A stretch of 64,000 bases of DNA, from contig CALXFF010000004.1 in NCBI GenBank assembly GCA_944387525.1, positions 1,938 through 65,937 of the forward strand. The letters are read 5' to 3'. A model generated the notes under the pieces. It searched no databases and was not told the origin of the DNA. It worked only from the letters and a program-made list of their open reading frames with translations. Below, piece after piece: positions 9,765 to 18,073 of the stretch; position 1 is the stretch's first letter, and every line of letters begins with the position of its first letter. The DNA is from an uncultured Clostridia bacterium (GTDB lineage: Bacteria; Bacillota; Clostridia; TANB77; CAG-508). The position numbers and the translations under genes were made by a program.

Positions 9765-9934
9765 AAATACATATATACAGAAAAAAGAATAAGAAATCAA
9801 AATCTGAAAAAACGAAAATATCAATCTCTTTTAAAGGCAAAAATCAAATTCCGTTATTTATGATAGTTAGAGAATATTATAATAAAAAAACAAATGAACT
9901 GGTTTTTGCTGAGGTGTTATTTGAGATAGAGTAG
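9761..9934 (+). CDS. Hypothetical basic protein (57 aa)
   Basis: Hand-translated. Its ATG overlaps the preceding stop (ATGA). Confidence 0.3.
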   Translation: MKIHIYRKKNKKSKSEKTKISISFKGKNQIPLFMIVREYYNKKTNELVFAEVLFEIE

Positions 9935-9951
9935 GAAAGGAGAAATATATA

Positions 9952-10089
9952 GTGAAAGAATTAAAACAACAGTTAATTGGTCAAAAAGAAGGAATGCAAT
10001 TTGTATTAGAAGAGTTAAAAATAATTCAAGAGAGTATAGAAAATAGAATACAATTTTTAGATCAAGAAATAGAAAAAATTAAGGAGTAA
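9952..10089 (+). CDS. Hypothetical coiled-coil peptide (45 aa)
   Basis: GTG start after AAAGGAG. Confidence 0.3.
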   Translation: MKELKQQLIGQKEGMQFVLEELKIIQESIENRIQFLDQEIEKIKE

Positions 10090-10096
10090 ATATAAA

Positions 10097-10285
10097 ATGA
10101 AATGTCCTGAAATGTATAGAATAACACAACAAAATATTAGAAAGCCAATATTGAATGAAGAAAATATGGTAATGGGAGAATATCATTTACTTATTGAAAC
10201 ACAAGGATTTTGCGAATGCTACAAAGAAAAATGTGCTGCATGGGATAAAGAAAAGCAAATGTGTAGAAAGGAGGGAAATCAATGA
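10097..10285 (+). CDS. Hypothetical Cys-rich protein
   Basis: ORF after AAGGAG. Confidence 0.45.
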   Translation: MKCPEMYRITQQNIRKPILNEENMVMGEYHLLIETQGFCECYKEKCAAWDKEKQMCRKEGNQ

Positions 10286-10569
10286 GTATTGAGGATGCAA
10301 TAAAAGAATTAGAAAGTTTAAGCCCAAGTGAATCAGCAATAAATATGGTTTTGAAATATTTTAAATTTTATAAGGATGGACTTGAAAGAGAAATAGAAAA
10401 TAATAGAGAAAACATTTTTGAAATAATAAATAAAGATAAAATTATAGATATGATGGCCGAAGAAATATTTATAAAAAGAGCATATTCTATTAATTGTGAA
10501 GAAGACATACAAAGATTAAAAGAGCAAATAATCAATGAATATAAAGAAAAATTAAAATCAAGGAGATGA
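10282..10569 (+). CDS. Hypothetical protein
   Basis: Start overlaps the preceding stop. Confidence 0.45.
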   Translation: MSIEDAIKELESLSPSESAINMVLKYFKFYKDGLEREIENNRENIFEIINKDKIIDMMAEEIFIKRAYSINCEEDIQRLKEQIINEYKEKLKSRR

Positions 10570-10904
10570 AGATAATGTGTAAATGTTGTAATTTATCAAG
10601 TGGAGAATTTTGTTTTTTAAATGAACAAGAAACAATATGGATAAAAAGATACTTAGATGATTATAGTATTGAAACCGAAGAAGGTAGTACTAATATAAAT
10701 TATTGTCCAGTATGTGGAAAAATGCTAAAAAAAGATGTCATAGATTTAAAACCATCTTTAAATAATGCAGGAGCAATGGCAATACCGCTAATAACTCCAG
10801 ATATTCCTCAAATAGATATTCAAAAAGAAATACAGAAACAGATTGAAAAGTCTCTATTGGATGTTTCTAATTTAGGTAATAATTTAATGCAAGGAGGAAT
10901 GTAA
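10566..10904 (+). CDS. Hypothetical zinc-ribbon protein
   Basis: CKCC...C...CPVCG. Confidence 0.45.
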   Translation: MKIMCKCCNLSSGEFCFLNEQETIWIKRYLDDYSIETEEGSTNINYCPVCGKMLKKDVIDLKPSLNNAGAMAIPLITPDIPQIDIQKEIQKQIEKSLLDVSNLGNNLMQGGM

Positions 10905-10906
10905 AT

Positions 10907-11170
10907 ATGCCAAAGAAAAAAATAATCAAGGAAGAAGAAAAAATACAAGACATAAAAACAAAACAAGTGCAAAACAAACCAAAAGCAATAAAATGGAATG
11001 AATTAGACAAATATATAGGACAACCTGTATGGGATAGTAGAGAAAAGAAATGGCGAATATTAGATGGGTATAAGAGAAACGGATATACATTTTCAATAAC
11101 ATTTTCAGATATTGCAGATTGGGTTAGTTTCAATGATAGGTCTTTATATTTAGAAGAGGTGAAAATATGA
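10907..11170 (+). CDS. Hypothetical protein
   Basis: ORF after AGGAGG. Confidence 0.45.
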   Translation: MPKKKIIKEEEKIQDIKTKQVQNKPKAIKWNELDKYIGQPVWDSREKKWRILDGYKRNGYTFSITFSDIADWVSFNDRSLYLEEVKI

Positions 11171-11329
11171 GAAATTTTATCATAAAAATTATTTTTATAT
11201 GCATATTGGCATTTGTAGGAGGTTTTTTAGATGCTTTTTTAAAAGATAAAAATATAAATATTACTCATCTAATATTTTTAACAATAGGCTATATAGATTG
11301 TTTAATTTGTAATTGGAGGTTTTTTTAAT
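11168..11329 (+). CDS. Small membrane protein (53 aa)
   Basis: Hand-translated: MRNFIIKIIFICILAFVGGF... Start and stop both overlap the neighbouring genes. Confidence 0.3.
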
Positions 11330-11522
11330 GGATGAACAAGATTATGTTGATTTACAAACACTATTAGCAAAATTAAGAGTGATTTGTTTAAAAGAAGTAG
11401 GAAATCCAGATATTAGTACAACTGACAGAGAAAGAAATTTTAAATTAATAAGAAACATAGATAATATAAGAAATAAGATGCCATTAAAAGCAGGAGATGG
11501 CATAATAGAATTGATAAAATAG
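11329..11522 (+). CDS. Hypothetical protein
   Basis: ATG after TTGGAGG. Confidence 0.45.
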
Positions 11523-11535
11523 GGAGGTACTCAAG

Positions 11536-11997
11536 ATGAATGATAAAGAGTATGTAAATAATAAGTGCAAAAGGTGCTTAAATAGAAATAATGATAAAGA
11601 TTTATGCAATATTGTTCAAACCATTAGTGGAGAATATAGATGTAGCAATGAGGATGTCATCGAAATAGAAGAATACATACGAAATAAAGAAGGTTTTATT
11701 GGCAAAGTACAAAAAATTATTCCGCCAGATGAAAAAATGGTAGATTATTATTACTGTTGTGAAAGTACCATGGCTAGCTCATATGAAAATGAAATAATAA
11801 AGCACAATAAAAACGTAATAGAGCTAATACAAGTAGGTGACTATATAAATGGAATGTTGATTGAAGATATTGAAAAAATAGATAATAAAAAAGTTTTTTA
11901 TAGTAATGGAAGAATGGTAGCTTGGACTAATAGAGATAAAGGAATAGAAACAATACTAACTAAAGAACAATATAGAGATAATTGTTTTGAAATTTAG
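11536..11997 (+). CDS. Hypothetical protein with a Cys-rich N-terminus
   Basis: ORF after GGGAGG. Confidence 0.45.
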   Translation: MNDKEYVNNKCKRCLNRNNDKDLCNIVQTISGEYRCSNEDVIEIEEYIRNKEGFIGKVQKIIPPDEKMVDYYYCCESTMASSYENEIIKHNKNVIELIQVGDYINGMLIEDIEKIDNKKVFYSNGRMVAWTNRDKGIETILTKEQYRDNCFEI

Positions 11998-12007
11998 GAG
12001 GCTAAAA

Positions 12008-12505
12008 ATGTTTGAAAATTATCCAAAAAAATGTACAAGTTGTGGTGGTACACTAAGCCCTGTATATAGAAGAAATGAAGAATTATTAGTAGACTATTAT
12101 AAACATCCATATAGAAAAATTACAGATCAATTATTACGTTTAGAGTGTGAAAATTGTGGAAAAAGATATATAATCGTGGAAGAAGAGAGAAGAGAAAATA
12201 TGGAAATAAATTTTAATGGAAAAATAGAAGATATTAGTATGATGCTATTAAGTGCAGAAAGATATGCATTAGGAAGGCAAACATACATAGTTCAATGGAC
12301 TTGTGAAGTAATAGGCGGTAATACGCATTTAATAACTACAAAAGATTTAAAAGTAATGATTAGAGATATAGAAAATGCTGAATATTATGGTGCTGATTTT
12401 GACAAAAAAGAATGGCTAGAATTATTAGATATATTGAAATTAATTTTATCAAAAAGGGAGGCGAAAAAAGATGAAAGTAATGATAAGTCAACCTATGAGA
12501 GGTAA
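12008..12505 (+). CDS. Hypothetical protein with an N-terminal zinc ribbon
   Basis: CTSCGG...CENCG. ATG after TAGGAGG. Confidence 0.45.
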   Translation: MFENYPKKCTSCGGTLSPVYRRNEELLVDYYKHPYRKITDQLLRLECENCGKRYIIVEEERRENMEINFNGKIEDISMMLLSAERYALGRQTYIVQWTCEVIGGNTHLITTKDLKVMIRDIENAEYYGADFDKKEWLELLDILKLILSKREAKKDESNDKSTYER

Positions 12506-12806
12506 AACAGAAGAACAGATACGAGAAGAAAGAAAAGCAATAATAGAAAAATTTAATAATATGCATATAGAAGTAATCGATACAATATTTACAGATGAAC
12601 CACCTAAAGATTGTAATGTAGCTGTATATTACTTGGGAAAATCAATAAGTGCAATGAAAGATATAGATGCAATATACATGGATGATGGCTGGAGAGAAGC
12701 ACGAGGGTGTAGAATCGAGCATCAAGTAGCAAAAGAGTATGGAATAAAAATATTATATAATGATTTTTTTATTAACAAACCAGAATTATCAACAAGAATA
12801 ATTTAA
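12471..12806 (+). CDS. DUF4406-like protein (nucleoside 2-deoxyribosyltransferase-like fold)
   Basis: MKVMISQPMRG start and DAIYMDDGWREARGCRIEHQVAKEYG end match the DUF4406 pattern. Confidence 0.55.
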   Translation: MKVMISQPMRGKTEEQIREERKAIIEKFNNMHIEVIDTIFTDEPPKDCNVAVYYLGKSISAMKDIDAIYMDDGWREARGCRIEHQVAKEYGIKILYNDFFINKPELSTRII

Positions 12807-12818
12807 GGAGGGAGAATA

Positions 12819-13604
12819 ATGATAGAAAAAGTAAATCCAATGCATCCAGATAAGATAGCAGATAGAATAGCAGGAGCAATTGTAGATCTTGCATATATGA
12901 AAGAGGAAAATCCTAGAATAGCTGTGGAAGTATTAATAGGGCATGAACACTGTATTATAATAACAGAAACAAATGCAAAAGTGTCTTTTGAAGAAGTTGA
13001 AGATACTGTACATAGAATAGCTGGTGAAAATGTATATGTACACATACTACCAAATAAACAAGATGAAGAACTTGCTAAAAATCAAGAAGGAAAAATAAGG
13101 TGTGGAGATAATGGAATATTTAGAGGTATGCCGATGACAAAAGAACAAATAAAATTATCAAATATTGCAAGATCAATATATTCTGATTATTTATCTGACG
13201 GAAAATATATATTAGATGGAGAAAAGTTAATAATATGTCAAAGTAATGCAAATACAGAAAAATTAAAAATTAAATATCCAAATGCAATAGTAAATCCGTT
13301 AGGAGATTGGACAGGGGGCTTAGATGTTGATACTGGGGCTACAAATAGAAAATTAGGAAGTGATATGGGAGATAGTATCACAGGAGGCGGACTACACGGA
13401 AAAGATTTATCAAAAGCAGATGTTAGCATAAATATATATTCATTTATGAAAGCTCAAGAAACAGGAAAACCAGTAGAGTTAAGTTGTGCTATTGGAGATG
13501 AGATTGTAGATGGAAAGCCATACTCTGAAATAGTTAAAATAGCAAGAAAATATATAAATGATATAGGTGGATTTGAAAAATTTGCAGAATGGGGATTATT
13601 TTAA
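12819..13604 (+). CDS. Truncated S-adenosylmethionine synthetase (MetK)-like protein, 261 aa
   Basis: Three blocks match MetK. HPDKIADRIAGAIVD. GDNGIFRG versus GDQG.MFGYA. TGATNRKLGSDMGDSITGGGLHGKDLSKADVS versus GLTGRK...GGAFSGKDPSKVDRS. Confidence 0.7.
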   Translation: MIEKVNPMHPDKIADRIAGAIVDLAYMKEENPRIAVEVLIGHEHCIIITETNAKVSFEEVEDTVHRIAGENVYVHILPNKQDEELAKNQEGKIRCGDNGIFRGMPMTKEQIKLSNIARSIYSDYLSDGKYILDGEKLIICQSNANTEKLKIKYPNAIVNPLGDWTGGLDVDTGATNRKLGSDMGDSITGGGLHGKDLSKADVSINIYSFMKAQETGKPVELSCAIGDEIVDGKPYSEIVKIARKYINDIGGFEKFAEWGLF

Positions 13605-13721
13605 AAATGAAAATATATCAAAGATAATAAAAGGAATATTGTAATATTATCAAAAATCGTAGAAATATTATTTACTAAAGTACAAAGCATACAATTTGCC
13701 AAAAGAAAGAGAGGATTTTGT

Positions 13722-14315
13722 ATGGAAAAATTTGAAATATCTGAAAAGGAAAGTAAACTGTTAGGAATTATAGAAAAACTTGTTGCCGAGGGAGTTACGA
13801 GAGGTATAAAACAGGGATTAGATCAAGCAAGAAATGAAGAAAAACTAAAAGATAAAATTACATATGATATAAAACTAAAAAATACCAGGTTATTATTGAA
13901 AAATTATAGACGATTTGTAAGTTTTTGTGAGCAAGCGACAGTAAGTGAAAAAGAATTAGAAAGTGCAACAGTAGAAGAAATATTAGATAAATTATATTGT
14001 ACTGCATATGATGAAGTAACAATAGTTCAATCAATTTTGGCTTCAAAGAAAAGAACAGAAATAATAATGACTCATATAAAAAAAATTATAAATTTCTATA
14101 TTTTTGATGCAGATAGTAGCAAAAATGACGAGAAACGCAGACGAGCACACATTTTGGAGGACCTGTACATAAAGGGTAAAAAACAACCTGCCATGTCAGT
14201 TTTAGCAAATAGATATCATGTCAGCGAAAGACAAGTTCACAGGGACAAAAACATTGCTATTGAAGAGATTGCGATTTTTATGTTTGGAATAGATGGAATA
14301 AGAAAAATGCAATAG
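13722..14315 (+). CDS. Putative phage transcriptional regulator (ArpU / sigma region-4-like C-terminal HTH)
   Basis: C-terminal LANRYHVSERQVHRDKNIAIEEIA is HTH-like. It sits just upstream of the late/packaging genes. Confidence 0.4.
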   Translation: MEKFEISEKESKLLGIIEKLVAEGVTRGIKQGLDQARNEEKLKDKITYDIKLKNTRLLLKNYRRFVSFCEQATVSEKELESATVEEILDKLYCTAYDEVTIVQSILASKKRTEIIMTHIKKIINFYIFDADSSKNDEKRRRAHILEDLYIKGKKQPAMSVLANRYHVSERQVHRDKNIAIEEIAIFMFGIDGIRKMQ

Positions 14316-14335
14316 TTTATGTCAAAAACTTGTCA

Positions 14336-14364
14336 TTGACATGTCAGAGTCAATAGTTTATAAT
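14336..14364 (+). promoter_or_regulatory. Consensus sigma-A-type promoter, TTGACA-17 nt-TATAAT
   Basis: TTGACA at 14336-14341, a 17-nt spacer, TATAAT at 14359-14364. The -35 overlaps the palindrome TGACATGTCA. Confidence 0.6.
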
Positions 14365-14537
14365 GATATCGACTAAAAATGTAAAATAAAAAAGGTCCCT
14401 ATAGAAACTCACATTTAATGCGGGTTTCTTTTTATATACAAAAGAAGGTGTTAGTTTGAATATTGAAATATGTATGAAACACCAATGCAAAGATTGTAAA
14501 ATAAGCAGAAAATGTTTTGAGGAGGAAAAGAAACGAA

Positions 14538-15044
14538 ATGAAATTAGAAAAAATAGAATTGAACAAACTAAAGATGGCAGAATACAATCCAAGAAAAGAA
14601 TTAACAGAAAAGGATCCAGAATATACAAAGATAAAAAATAGTATAAATGAGTTTGGTTACATATCTCCAATTATAGCAAACTCTGATATGACTGTAATAA
14701 GCGGACATCAACGTTTGAAAGTATTGAAAGATTTGGGATACACAGAAATAGAATGTATAATAGTAGACTTTGACAAAAACAAAGAGAAAATGTTAAATGT
14801 TGCGTTAAATAAAATATCGGGAGAATGGGACTATCAGAAATTAGAAACTTTATTTAATGAGTTGGCTACGAATAATATGGATCTTTCAATAATGGGATTT
14901 GACGAAAAAGAAATAAATAAATTAATTAAAGAAACAGAAGAAACTATGAATGATAATGAAGAAATAAACTTAGAAGAATTTAATGATGAAAAATTTCAAT
15001 GTAAATGTCCAAAATGTGGTTTTGTTTTTGATGTAGACAAGTAA
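14538..15044 (+). CDS. ParB N-terminal (nuclease/Srx-like) domain protein with a C-terminal zinc ribbon
   Basis: YNPRKELTEKD...ISGHQRLKVLKDLGYTEIECIIVD, and a C-terminal CKCPKCG. Confidence 0.75.
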   Translation: MKLEKIELNKLKMAEYNPRKELTEKDPEYTKIKNSINEFGYISPIIANSDMTVISGHQRLKVLKDLGYTEIECIIVDFDKNKEKMLNVALNKISGEWDYQKLETLFNELATNNMDLSIMGFDEKEINKLIKETEETMNDNEEINLEEFNDEKFQCKCPKCGFVFDVDK

Positions 15045-15060
15045 TTAGGAAGTGTATGCA

Positions 15061-16095
15061 ATGAAAGAATTTGAATGGAATTTAAAGGATTTAGAAAACA
15101 TACCAAAGAATAAGTACAAAGTATTTTCTTGCTTTTCATGTGGTGGTGGCTCAACAATGGGGTATAAATTAGCAGGATATGATGTTATAGGAAATTGCGA
15201 AATTGACAAGAAAATCAATGATATTTATGTAAAAAATCATCATCCAAAATATAATTATTGTATGGGAATTCAAGAAATGAATAAATTGAAAGAATTACCT
15301 GCAGAATTATATGATTTAGATATATTAGATGGAAGTCCTCCTTGTAGTACGTTCTCAATGGCAGGACAAAGAGAAGAAAATTGGGGAAAAAATAAGAAAT
15401 TTAGAGAAGGTCAAACAAGACAAGTGCTTGATGATCTTTTTTTTGAATTTATTGATTTAGCAAAAATCTTAAAACCAAAAATTATCATTGCTGAAAATGT
15501 AAAAGGATTATTAATGGGAAATGCAAGAGGATATGTGAATCTCATTATAAAAAGATTTAATGAAATAGGATATAATGTTCAAATATTTTTATTAAATGCT
15601 GCGAAGATGGGAGTGCCTCAACGAAGAGAAAGAGTGTTTTTTATAGCAACAAACAAAGAATTTAAATTTCCTAAAATCAAATTAGATTTTAATGAAAAAC
15701 CAATAAAATATATTGAAATCAAAGATAGTGAATATAAACCATTAAATAAAAACACAATGACATATGAAAGATGGAAAAAAAGAATTGCAAGTGATGTTAA
15801 ATTAAGTGACACAATAAAACGAACGGAAAAAGGAAAAATAAGTTGTTTCAATACACAATATTTAAAAGATGAAAGAACACCAGCAACAATTGCAGCAGGT
15901 GGAAGTCCACCATTAAGATATGATGTACCAGGATATGCGAGTGATAAAGATATAATTACAATACAAACATTTCCGCAAGACTATAATTTTATAGGAATGA
16001 ATGTTCAATATATATGTGGTATGAGTGTACCACCTATTATGATGAAAAAAATTGCTGAAGAAATAAAAATTCAATTACTAGATAAAATAGAATAG
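15061..16095 (+). CDS. DNA (cytosine-5)-methyltransferase
   Basis: Motif I FSCFSCGGGSTMGY, motif IV GSPPCSTFS, motif VI ENVKGL, motif VIII QRRERVFF. Confidence 0.9.
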   Translation: MKEFEWNLKDLENIPKNKYKVFSCFSCGGGSTMGYKLAGYDVIGNCEIDKKINDIYVKNHHPKYNYCMGIQEMNKLKELPAELYDLDILDGSPPCSTFSMAGQREENWGKNKKFREGQTRQVLDDLFFEFIDLAKILKPKIIIAENVKGLLMGNARGYVNLIIKRFNEIGYNVQIFLLNAAKMGVPQRRERVFFIATNKEFKFPKIKLDFNEKPIKYIEIKDSEYKPLNKNTMTYERWKKRIASDVKLSDTIKRTEKGKISCFNTQYLKDERTPATIAAGGSPPLRYDVPGYASDKDIITIQTFPQDYNFIGMNVQYICGMSVPPIMMKKIAEEIKIQLLDKIE

Positions 16096-16106
16096 AAGGT
16101 GATTAT

Positions 16107-17315
16107 TTGGAGATACAAAAAATAGAAATAAATGAATTAATACCAGCAACATACAATCCTAGAAAAGATTTAAAACCATCAGATGAAGAATACCAAAAAA
16201 TAAAGAAAAGTATTCTTGAATTTGGATTTGTTAGTCCGTTAGTAGTGAATAAAGATATGACGGTTATAGGTGGACACCAGAGATTAAAGGTACTACAAGA
16301 ACTAGGATATACAGAAGTAGAGTGCATAATTGTAGATCTTGATAAAACAAAAGAAAAAGCATTGAATATTGCACTTAACAAAATTAGCGGCGAGTGGGAT
16401 ACAGAAAAATTGGAAAATCTATTAAATGAATTACTGCAAGAAGATTTTGATGTTGAACTAACAGGATTTGATTCAAATGAAATAAATGATCTTCTAAATA
16501 GTTTAATAGAAACAAAAGAAGACGATTTTGATGTAGAACAAGCTTTGGATGAAATAGATATACCAATAACAAAACCAGGAGATATATGGGCTTTAGGAAA
16601 GCATCGTTTAATGTGCGGAGATAGTACTATAAAGAATGATGTTAAAAAATTAATGAATGAAAAAAAAGCAGATATGGTATTCACAGATCCACCATATCTA
16701 ATGAATTTTGAAGGCAATGTACATGCGGACGGAAAGAAAAGTTATAATGCAAAATACGGAAAAATTAAGAATGATAATATGAGCAGAAGTGAAGGAGATA
16801 ATTTTATATTAAAAACATTTGAAAGCATAAAAGAATTCAATAAAGGTGCTTTTTATATTTGCTTCTATAGGTTAGGTTTGGATTATATATTTAGAGCTTT
16901 AGATAAATTAAATAATAGATATAAAGCATTAATTATATGGAATAAAGGAAATCATACATTATCAAATAGTGATTATATGAGTAAATATGAACCTATTGTA
17001 TATGGATGGTTTCAATCTCACTTATTTTATGGAGATAGAAGTAATTTTGATATATGGGATATAGAAAGAACAAAAAAGAATGATTTGCATCCAACGATGA
17101 AACCAATAGATCTGATAGTAAAAGCAATCAAAAATAGTAGTAAAATAGAAGATATAGTTTTAGATTTATTTGGAGGAAGTGGGTCAACATTAATAGCAGC
17201 AGAACAAACAAACAGAATTTGTTATATGATGGAGTTAGATCCAAAATATTGTGATGTTATAGTAAAGAGGTGGGAAAAGTTAACAAATAAGAAAGCAACA
17301 TTGGATGATAGGTAG
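16107..17315 (+). CDS. ParB-N domain fused to an N4/N6 DNA methyltransferase (beta class)
   Basis: The N-terminal ~125 aa are paralogous to 14538..15044. FTDPPY motif IV, then DLFGGSGST motif I. Confidence 0.85.
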   Translation: MEIQKIEINELIPATYNPRKDLKPSDEEYQKIKKSILEFGFVSPLVVNKDMTVIGGHQRLKVLQELGYTEVECIIVDLDKTKEKALNIALNKISGEWDTEKLENLLNELLQEDFDVELTGFDSNEINDLLNSLIETKEDDFDVEQALDEIDIPITKPGDIWALGKHRLMCGDSTIKNDVKKLMNEKKADMVFTDPPYLMNFEGNVHADGKKSYNAKYGKIKNDNMSRSEGDNFILKTFESIKEFNKGAFYICFYRLGLDYIFRALDKLNNRYKALIIWNKGNHTLSNSDYMSKYEPIVYGWFQSHLFYGDRSNFDIWDIERTKKNDLHPTMKPIDLIVKAIKNSSKIEDIVLDLFGGSGSTLIAAEQTNRICYMMELDPKYCDVIVKRWEKLTNKKATLDDR

Positions 17316-17329
17316 GTGGGTGATATGAC

Positions 17330-18073
17330 ATGATAAACAAAAACAATTTACCTAAAATCGAAAAAGATTATAAGGATGGTTATACATATAATAAATTAGC
17401 AGAAAAATATAAATTAACATATAATCAAGTTACATATTTAATAAAAAAAAATAAATGGAAAAGAGAGAGTAATTTAAGTTTAGTACATATAGGAAATAAA
17501 AATGCAGTAGGAAACAGTGGAGGACCTGGAGCAGAAACTGGAAATAAAAGAGCGGTAACAACTGGAGAATACGAAACTATTTTAGTTAATGTATTATCTG
17601 AAGAAGAAAAAAACATATATGAAAATTTAAAAATTGATAACAAAAAACAGTGCATAGAAGAAGAATATAAAATGTTGACAATCAGAGAATACAGAATATT
17701 AAAAAGAATTAAGAATATTCAAGATAAACAAAAAGATATGAACATTGAAAGAATTGTTAAAAGACAATACAATTCAGATACCTCAAACGAAACTGAAACA
17801 GTAACAGAAGCAATTAATATTGTAAATCCACTACAAAAATTAGAAGATTCACTCACAAGAGTACAGGAAGCCAAAAGAAAATGCTTAGATAGTTTACACA
17901 AGATGGAAACTGATGATAGAAAACTTGAATTAGATTTGATTAGATTAGAAATTGAAGCAGCAAGGGAAGATAATAGTAATAATGCTGAAGATATGAAAGA
18001 CGATAGTTTTATAAAAGCATTAAATGATGCAACAGAAGGTGTATGGGATGATTATAGCGAAGACAACCAATAA
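17330..18073 (+). CDS. Terminase small subunit
   Basis: N-terminal HTH (YNKLAEKYKLTYNQVTYLIKK) and GNKNAVGN...GNKRAVTTGEYE repeats. It lies immediately upstream of TerL. Confidence 0.75.
   Translation: MINKNNLPKIEKDYKDGYTYNKLAEKYKLTYNQVTYLIKKNKWKRESNLSLVHIGNKNAVGNSGGPGAETGNKRAVTTGEYETILVNVLSEEEKNIYENLKIDNKKQCIEEEYKMLTIREYRILKRIKNIQDKQKDMNIERIVKRQYNSDTSNETETVTEAINIVNPLQKLEDSLTRVQEAKRKCLDSLHKMETDDRKLELDLIRLEIEAAREDNSNNAEDMKDDSFIKALNDATEGVWDDYSEDNQ

Noticed and set aside
14456-14641. 61-aa TTG-start ORF (MNIEICMKHQCKDCK...)
   Set aside because: It overlaps the ParB-N gene start by ~100 nt in another frame, and its C-terminal half is a lysine/arginine-rich frame artefact. A shorter real leader peptide cannot be excluded.
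16103-16717. 204-aa minus-strand ORF
   Set aside because: It is antisense to the well-supported ParB-N::methylase gene. The product is S/F/I-rich and low in complexity, as is typical of shadow ORFs in AT-rich DNA. The other short minus-strand ORFs inside prophage genes were rejected for the same reason (for example 707-1024, 1998-2426, 3390-3889, 5147-5800, 6148-6564, 30384-31169 and 36473-36733).
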